Positions 58,364 through 64,000 of a stretch of DNA of 64,000 bases are shown here, piece after piece (positions within the stretch are counted from its first letter, which is position 1; each line of letters begins with the position of its first letter). Where the stretch lies: contig CAVQRZ010000030.1 of the NCBI GenBank assembly GCA_963715335.1, forward strand, positions 14,941 through 78,940. Reading direction: 5' to 3'. Under the pieces are notes generated by a model that was given only the letters and a program-made list of their open reading frames with translations, was not told the origin of the DNA and did no database searches. The stretch comes from an uncultured delta proteobacterium. GTDB taxonomy: Bacteria > Desulfobacterota > Desulfuromonadia > Desulfuromonadales > BM103. The position numbers were made by a program, and so were the translations under genes.

Positions 58364-59275
58364 TTAGATCTTCGTTGTTTTGGCGACTCCGAAGAGTCCC
58401 GTAGGCCGAAACGCCAGAATGACCAGCAACACAGTGAACGCAATCAGATCCCGGAAAGTCGAAGGGAAGAAAGCAACAACCAAGATCTCGACAGCACCGA
58501 GCAGGAAGCCGCCGAGAAAAGCCCCGCGAATGTCACCAATACCGCCAACCACGGCGGCGATGAATGCTTTCCAGCCGATCAAGGCTCCCATGTAGGGGTC
58601 AAGGATCGGGTAGGACATAGCAAACAAGATGCCTGCCAGACCGGCCATGCCAGAGCCGAGCACGAAGGTGATGACAATTATGTTGTCCATCGGGATGCCC
58701 ATTAAGGGTACGGCGAACTTGTCGTAGGAAATGGCCCGCATCGCCATCCCGACTTTGGTTTTTGTGACGATTTTATGCAGTGTAAAAAAAGCCAGAATGG
58801 TTGTCACGATAACGGCCACTTTGAGGTTGGTGAAGATGACTCCGCCGATATTGTAGATATTTTCAGTGATCATCGGCGGAAAAGCCTTACGGCTGGCGCC
58901 GAGTACGGCCAGGTTGGCGTTCTCCAGAATCAGGCCGCACATCAGCGCGGTGATGACCACGTAAAGCCGATTCGCACCCTTGCGACGCAGCGGACGGTAA
59001 GCAACCCGTTCGAGGGTGACCCCGACCATTGAGGTTAGGATCATGGTGAGTGGGATGGTCAGGGCCAGCGCAACCCATCCGGGAAGCCCGGCTGCGGCGA
59101 GAAAAAAGGTTGCGACGAAGAAGGCGATATAAGCACCAACCATAAAGATGTCGCCGTGGGCAAAGTTGATCAGGGTCAGTACGCCGTAGACCAGTGTGTA
59201 GCCGAGCGCGATCAGGGCGTAGAAGCTTCCCCATTGCAAGGCGTTGATTAGATTTTGAAGGATGGTTGCGAGCAC
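58364..59275 (-). CDS. livH: Branched-chain amino acid ABC permease
   Basis: YALIALGYTLVYG, INFAHG, AAVVGGIG. Confidence 0.92.
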   Translation of the reverse strand: MLATILQNLINALQWGSFYALIALGYTLVYGVLTLINFAHGDIFMVGAYIAFFVATFFLAAAGLPGWVALALTIPLTMILTSMVGVTLERVAYRPLRRKGANRLYVVITALMCGLILENANLAVLGASRKAFPPMITENIYNIGGVIFTNLKVAVIVTTILAFFTLHKIVTKTKVGMAMRAISYDKFAVPLMGIPMDNIIVITFVLGSGMAGLAGILFAMSYPILDPYMGALIGWKAFIAAVVGGIGDIRGAFLGGFLLGAVEILVVAFFPSTFRDLIAFTVLLVILAFRPTGLFGVAKTTKI

Positions 59276-59385
59276 TTAAGTTAATCCTGTAAGGGAGCAA
59301 TAAACAGATGACAGGCTGGAACAAAGTTCCAGCCTGTCATGTTTGTACCTCAATCCGGTTTTCTAATCAACCGGTGAATTAAAGT

Positions 59386-60549
59386 TTAGGGGCAGACTGA
59401 TTTAGTGAATGCAAATTCGCCTGCGTCGCTGATCTTGACGACAACCGCGCATTTGACGGGATCGCCTTGCTCGTCGAACTTCATTGAACCGGTAATACCC
59501 TCGAAACTTGTGATGGCAGCCATGCCTTCACGGATAGCTTTGCGGTCTTTTTTCAGTTTTCCGGTCAGCTCTCCAGCATTTTGAATGGCCAGCAAGACAA
59601 CGCGAGTTGCATCCCAGGTCAGGGCGGCCACGTCGTCAGGAGTGGCGCCGTACTTCGCCGTGAAGCGGTCGATGAACTCCTTGGTAGCGCCGGTTGCACC
59701 AGCTGCAGCGTAGTGAGTCGAGAAGTAGAGGCCTTTGCAGTCGTCGCCACACAGGGTCATCAGTTCTGCGGAGCCCCAGGAGTCGGAACCCATGAACTGA
59801 CCCTTGTAGCCGAGCTTGCGGGCCTGCGGAACGATCAGCGCAACCTGGTTGTAGTTGTCGGGGACGAAGATAAAGTCGGGTTTGGTCGCGATAATCGTGG
59901 TCAGCTGGGCACTGAAATCCTGGTCTTTGGTGCCATGGCTTTCAAACGCCAGCACGGTGTTGGCGCCCATCTTCTTCTCAAACACGTTTTTGAAGATTTC
60001 CGCCAAGCCTTTGGAGTAGTCGTTGGACAGGTCGTAAAGCACGGCAGCGGTCTTGGCGTTAAAGGTTTCCACGGCAAAGTTGACAGCAACCGGGCCCTGG
60101 AAGGGGTCTAAAAACGCTGCGCGGAAGACCCATGGGCGATCGAACGTGGTGTCCGGGTTGGTCGACCATGGGGTAACCATGACGGTTTCGTTATCGTTTG
60201 CCACCTGGCCGGCGGGTACTGCCTGCTTGGAGGAGTTGGGGCCGATCATGGCCAGTACTTCATCTTTTTCAATCAGCTTCAGGGCCGTGGTGACAGCCGA
60301 CTCGGCCTTGGCTTCATTGTCCTCGTAGATGAACTCGAGCATGTACTTCTTGCCGCCCACGTCGAGCCCGCCTGCGCCATTGATGTCTGCCTTGAGCATT
60401 TCCGCTGCCTGCTTGGACATTTCACCGACTTTGGGGATGTCGCCGGTCAGCGGGATGTTGTAGCCGATTTTGATCGTGTCAGCAGCGATCGCTGGGGTCG
60501 CGAACAGGGCGACCATGGTCAGAACTACAAGAAATTTCAGCTTTTTCAT
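59386..60549 (-). CDS. livK: Branched-chain amino acid ABC substrate-binding protein
   Basis: Signal peptide, IKIG..PLTG, DFSAQL; first gene of the liv operon. Confidence 0.88.
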   Translation of the reverse strand: MKKLKFLVVLTMVALFATPAIAADTIKIGYNIPLTGDIPKVGEMSKQAAEMLKADINGAGGLDVGGKKYMLEFIYEDNEAKAESAVTTALKLIEKDEVLAMIGPNSSKQAVPAGQVANDNETVMVTPWSTNPDTTFDRPWVFRAAFLDPFQGPVAVNFAVETFNAKTAAVLYDLSNDYSKGLAEIFKNVFEKKMGANTVLAFESHGTKDQDFSAQLTTIIATKPDFIFVPDNYNQVALIVPQARKLGYKGQFMGSDSWGSAELMTLCGDDCKGLYFSTHYAAAGATGATKEFIDRFTAKYGATPDDVAALTWDATRVVLLAIQNAGELTGKLKKDRKAIREGMAAITSFEGITGSMKFDEQGDPVKCAVVVKISDAGEFAFTKSVCP

Positions 60550-60920
60550 CTGTCTCCTCCATTGGGTTGGTTTGAACAATAAACACCTATTTGCCACGAA
60601 ACGTGGAACGACCAAGATGTATTATCTATTTGTCTTGTAAAACCAGACGTTTAAGTACACCAGTCCGCAGCCTGTTTGTCAAGCTCCGCAGATTATTTTG
60701 TTGCCATGGGATTAATTTTTTTGGGTATTTGGAATTTACTGTTGAAAAATAAGATTTATAGGCTTTAGGAGTTCAACTGCAAAATCGGAAGAGAGTGTTG
60801 AATCTTAGCAGTCAGGGGCAGCGAGAATTTCGCCTTTCTGCCAATTCCACCTCCTTCAATCAATGCAGGATGATTTATAGGACACCCAAGAGCGTCAAAA
60901 TTATGCTTGCATTGTTTGGC

Positions 60921-60942
60921 TATTTGGTTATATTGCCAAATA
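60921..60942. promoter_or_regulatory. Putative ArsR operator 1
   Basis: Palindrome TATTTGG-N8-CCAAATA just upstream of the ArsR-family gene RBS. Confidence 0.65.
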
Positions 60943-60956
60943 GATAGGAGGAACAC

Positions 60957-61289
60957 ATGTTCAACGATCGCAAAGCAATGCTAAATGCTCGCGCAAAAGT
61001 TCTCAAGGCGATGGCCCACCCGACCAGGCTTTTCATTATCGAGGAACTGGAAAAGGGAGAGCGCTGTGTTTGCGACCTGACCGAGCAGATTGGAGCCGAT
61101 GTATCGACAGTTTCGAAACATCTCTCGGTTCTTAAACAGGCTGGAGTTGTGTTAGATGACAAGCGTGGCAATCAGGTTTTTTACAGCTTGCGAGTACCTT
61201 GTATTCTGAACTTTTTCGGCTGTGTGGAATCTGTTTTGGAGTCGAATGCCCGGGAACATGCCACTCTCCTTGAAGCCGTTGGCAAGTAA
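60957..61289 (+). CDS. ArsR/SmtB-family repressor
   Basis: KAMAHPTRL, ERCVCDL, VSKHLSVL. Confidence 0.92.
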   Translation: MFNDRKAMLNARAKVLKAMAHPTRLFIIEELEKGERCVCDLTEQIGADVSTVSKHLSVLKQAGVVLDDKRGNQVFYSLRVPCILNFFGCVESVLESNAREHATLLEAVGK

Positions 61290-61303
61290 TTTTTTTGCAC
61301 AAG

Positions 61304-61325
61304 TATTTGGCGATTTTGCCATATA
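61304..61325. promoter_or_regulatory. Putative ArsR operator 2
   Basis: TATTTGG-CGATTTTG-CCATATA, a near copy of operator 1. Confidence 0.55.
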
Positions 61326-61347
61326 GACAGATGGTAGAGAGACAACA

Positions 61348-62670
61348 ATGAGTTGGAAAAGCGAATGGAAACCACTCGCGGTGATCGTTGCAGCGTTTAT
61401 CGCATGCTACTACCTGCCGGTTAACTGGTTACAGCAGTCCAATAGGGTTGAGAATGCCATTTGGGAATCACTCTACCTCGTCAAATGGTACGCTCAGGAG
61501 CATGTACTCCTCTGCCTTGTGCCGGCATTCTTTATTGCCGGTGCTGTAGGAGTTTTTGTCAGTCAAGCGGCGGTGATGAAGTATCTCGGCCCCAGAGCGA
61601 ACAAAGTTCTGGCCTATGGGGTTGCCTCGGTGTCCGGTAGTATTCTGGCGGTTTGCTCCTGCACCATTCTGCCATTGTTTGCAGGAATCTATCGCATGGG
61701 TGCAGGGTTGGGTCCGGCCAGTGCCTTTCTCTATTCTGGCCCTGCCATCAACATTCTTGCCATCGTTCTGACCGCTGCTGTGCTCGGGACTGAGATGGGC
61801 ATCGCTCGCGCAATCGGTGCAGTGAGTTTTTCCATCATTATCGGGTTGCTGATGCATCTTTTCTTTCGCAAAGAGGAGATGGAGAAGCTCGCAGCGGCGG
61901 CAGCCATGCCTGAGCCTGAAGTAGCCCGCCCCTTGTGGCAGAACGCACTCTTCTTTGCCAGCATGGTTGGTATTCTGGTTTTCGCTAACTGGGGAAGACC
62001 GGCAGAAACTGCGGGCATGTGGCAGGCCATTTATGCCTCTAAATGGATGATCACCGGTATTTTTTCTCTGGGGTTAGCGATCATTCTTGTCCTTTGGTTT
62101 AAAGTAAAGCCATGGCGCATGGCGGTCATTGCCGCGCCGGCCTTGGTCCTCTCAATCGTCTATCCGCAGTACCCCGTGTTGGCTTTCGTTGCAGCAACGA
62201 TAGGCCTGACTGTCCTTTTGACGACCAAGCAGCAAAGCGATGGCGAACTTCAGGAGTGGTTCGACACCAGTTGGGATTTTGCCAAGAAGATTTTGCCGCT
62301 GCTCTTCTGGGGAGTTCTAATTGCAGGAGCGTTACTTGGGCGGCCTGGTCATGAGGGGTTGATCCCGTCGCACTGGATTGCAGGCCTGGTCGGCGGCAAC
62401 TCCCTTTGGGCTAACCTGTTCGCATCGGTCGTGGGGGCTTTCATGTATTTTGCAACCTTGACAGAAGTGCCTATCTTGCAGGGGTTGATAGGCTCCGGCA
62501 TGGGCAAGGGGCCTGCTTTGGCTCTTTTATTGTCTGGCCCAGCGTTAAGCTTACCAAACATGCTGGTTATTCGTTCAGTGATGGGAACCAAAAAGACCGT
62601 GGTTTTTGTTCTACTGGTTATCGTGATGGCGACGATCTCTGGCTTAATTTATGGAGCAATCTTTGGTTGA
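61348..62670 (+). CDS. DUF318/ArsP-like permease
   Basis: VCSCTILP, FLYSGPAIN, YFATLTEVP, GPALSLP. Confidence 0.85.
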   Translation: MSWKSEWKPLAVIVAAFIACYYLPVNWLQQSNRVENAIWESLYLVKWYAQEHVLLCLVPAFFIAGAVGVFVSQAAVMKYLGPRANKVLAYGVASVSGSILAVCSCTILPLFAGIYRMGAGLGPASAFLYSGPAINILAIVLTAAVLGTEMGIARAIGAVSFSIIIGLLMHLFFRKEEMEKLAAAAAMPEPEVARPLWQNALFFASMVGILVFANWGRPAETAGMWQAIYASKWMITGIFSLGLAIILVLWFKVKPWRMAVIAAPALVLSIVYPQYPVLAFVAATIGLTVLLTTKQQSDGELQEWFDTSWDFAKKILPLLFWGVLIAGALLGRPGHEGLIPSHWIAGLVGGNSLWANLFASVVGAFMYFATLTEVPILQGLIGSGMGKGPALALLLSGPALSLPNMLVIRSVMGTKKTVVFVLLVIVMATISGLIYGAIFG

Positions 62671-62703
62671 GAAGGTGATACCCAAAACGGAAGGAGACAG
62701 ACC

Positions 62704-62952
62704 ATGAAAAAGATACAGATACTCGGTACAGGTTGCACCAAATGTAACGAACTGGCAGCCAACGCCAAGGAAGCGGCGGTCGTTTTAGGAGAAGATGTTG
62801 AGATTGAAAAAGTGACGGACCTCAACAAGATTATGACATTTGGGTGTATGACCACACCCGGCCTGGCAATTAATGGGCAACTGGTTTCCCAGGGGAAGCT
62901 TCTTAAACCTGACCAGATTATGAAATTACTCAGACCTATTTATGTGGATTAG
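62704..62952 (+). CDS. Small thioredoxin-like redox-active disulfide protein
   Basis: ILGTGCTKC, MTTPGLAING. Confidence 0.88.
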   Translation: MKKIQILGTGCTKCNELAANAKEAAVVLGEDVEIEKVTDLNKIMTFGCMTTPGLAINGQLVSQGKLLKPDQIMKLLRPIYVD

Positions 62953-62964
62953 AGGAGAACAGAG

Positions 62965-63333
62965 GTGATAACGGTTTCCCATAAGAAACATCTATTGCTC
63001 GGCCTATGCATGTCGTTAATCGCCAGCACATGTTTGGCGGAACAACTCCCTCGTCTGGTTGATGTAGGCGCCGACAAATGCATCCCCTGCATAACAATGG
63101 CGCCTATTCTTGAGCACCTCAGGGAAGACTTTATCGGAAGGCTGGAGGTCAAGTTCGTCGATGCCTGGAAATCCCGCGATGAAGCTGCCAGTTACAACGT
63201 GCAGATGATACCAACTCAGATCTTTTACGCCAGTGATGGTCAGGAACTCTTCCGTCATACTGGCTTCTACGGTCGTGAAGATATTCTCGCTAAGTGGCGC
63301 GAGCTCGGTTACGATTTTACTGTTGGTAAATAA
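62965..63333 (+). CDS. Exported thioredoxin-family protein
   Basis: Signal peptide, CIPC, IPTQIF, RHTG. Confidence 0.85.
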   Translation: MITVSHKKHLLLGLCMSLIASTCLAEQLPRLVDVGADKCIPCITMAPILEHLREDFIGRLEVKFVDAWKSRDEAASYNVQMIPTQIFYASDGQELFRHTGFYGREDILAKWRELGYDFTVGK

Positions 63334-64000
63334 TGCTTGAACAACTTCTGACAGCCCTGAGCCAGGCGGTTTCAGGAACACCCACAATAGCTCTCATCGC
63401 GGCAGCATCCTGGGGTGTCCTAAGTATTGTGCTTTCCCCATGCCACTTGGCCAGTATTCCTCTAGTCGTCGGTTTTATTGAGGGGCAAGGTCAGATGAGC
63501 GCCCGCCGGGCGTTTCTTATCTCCAATCTGTTTGCTGTTGGAATACTGATATCTATTGCTGTGATTGGTGTTGCCACAGCTTTGGCTGGCCGGATGCTTG
63601 GGGACTTGGGTTCTTATGGCAACTGGTTGGTGGCAGTCATCTTCTTTGTGTTCGGTATGCACTTGTGGGGTTGGCTTCCCATGCCTTGGTCTGGTCCAAC
63701 TCAGGTGGGGATCAAACGTAAAGGTTTGCTGGCCGCATTGATGCTCGGCTCGATCTTCGGCATCGCTTTGGGACCATGCACTTTCGCTTTTATGGGGCCG
63801 GTACTTGGTGTGGCTTTTGAGGAAGCTAATAGCAATATGCTCTATGCTTTTATGCTACTGCTTGCTTATGGCGTTGGCCACTGCTCTGTGATCGTGTTCG
63901 CCGGAACCTGTACTGAGAAGGTACAACAATATCTCAACTGGAATGAACATTCCAAAGGAACTGTCTGGGTCAAACGTCTCTGTGGCCTGTTGGTCATGGC
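63333..64000 (+). CDS. CcdA/DsbD-type thiol-disulfide transporter (3' end runs off the window)
   Basis: Manual translation MLEQLL..LSPCHLASIP..GPCTF; multiple TM helices. Confidence 0.85.
   Translation, partial: MLEQLLTALSQAVSGTPTIALIAAASWGVLSIVLSPCHLASIPLVVGFIEGQGQMSARRAFLISNLFAVGILISIAVIGVATALAGRMLGDLGSYGNWLVAVIFFVFGMHLWGWLPMPWSGPTQVGIKRKGLLAALMLGSIFGIALGPCTFAFMGPVLGVAFEEANSNMLYAFMLLLAYGVGHCSVIVFAGTCTEKVQQYLNWNEHSKGTVWVKRLCGLLVM

Overview
A mostly core-genome window from an anaerobic deltaproteobacterium, probably Desulfuromonadales (inferred from the triheme c7/PpcA cytochrome, rubrerythrin-desulfoferrodoxin, actP-like symporter and murI-GerMN-metH gene order). From left to right it holds: a partial PAS-GGDEF-EAL gene; clpS-clpA-aat; a structured repeat region; an uncharacterised membrane protein plus vWA lipoprotein pair; rpsU; an RNA methyltransferase; a small accessory segment bounded by tRNA-Pro remnants; nikR; a class III ribonucleotide reductase operon with NrdR boxes; a sps-spp-fructokinase-amylosucrase sucrose operon; a heme-sensor two-component system; photolyase and DUF523/DUF1722; PPIases; tRNA-Thr; a SAM-I riboswitch controlling two trans-sulfuration genes; cysK; livKHMGF; and an ArsR-permease-thioredoxin-CcdA operon. 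The best leads are (1) a split NrdD whose glycyl-radical motif lies on a separate 46-aa ORF missed by the ORF track, (2) a ~420-bp highly structured element with terminal inverted repeats plus a second MITE-like repeat family, (3) the vWA lipoprotein/membrane protein pair, and (4) a MetH lacking its B12-binding module. Several small frameshifts may be sequencing errors. No CRISPR array, rRNA, integrase or transposase was seen. All assignments come from motif recognition by eye; no searches were run.
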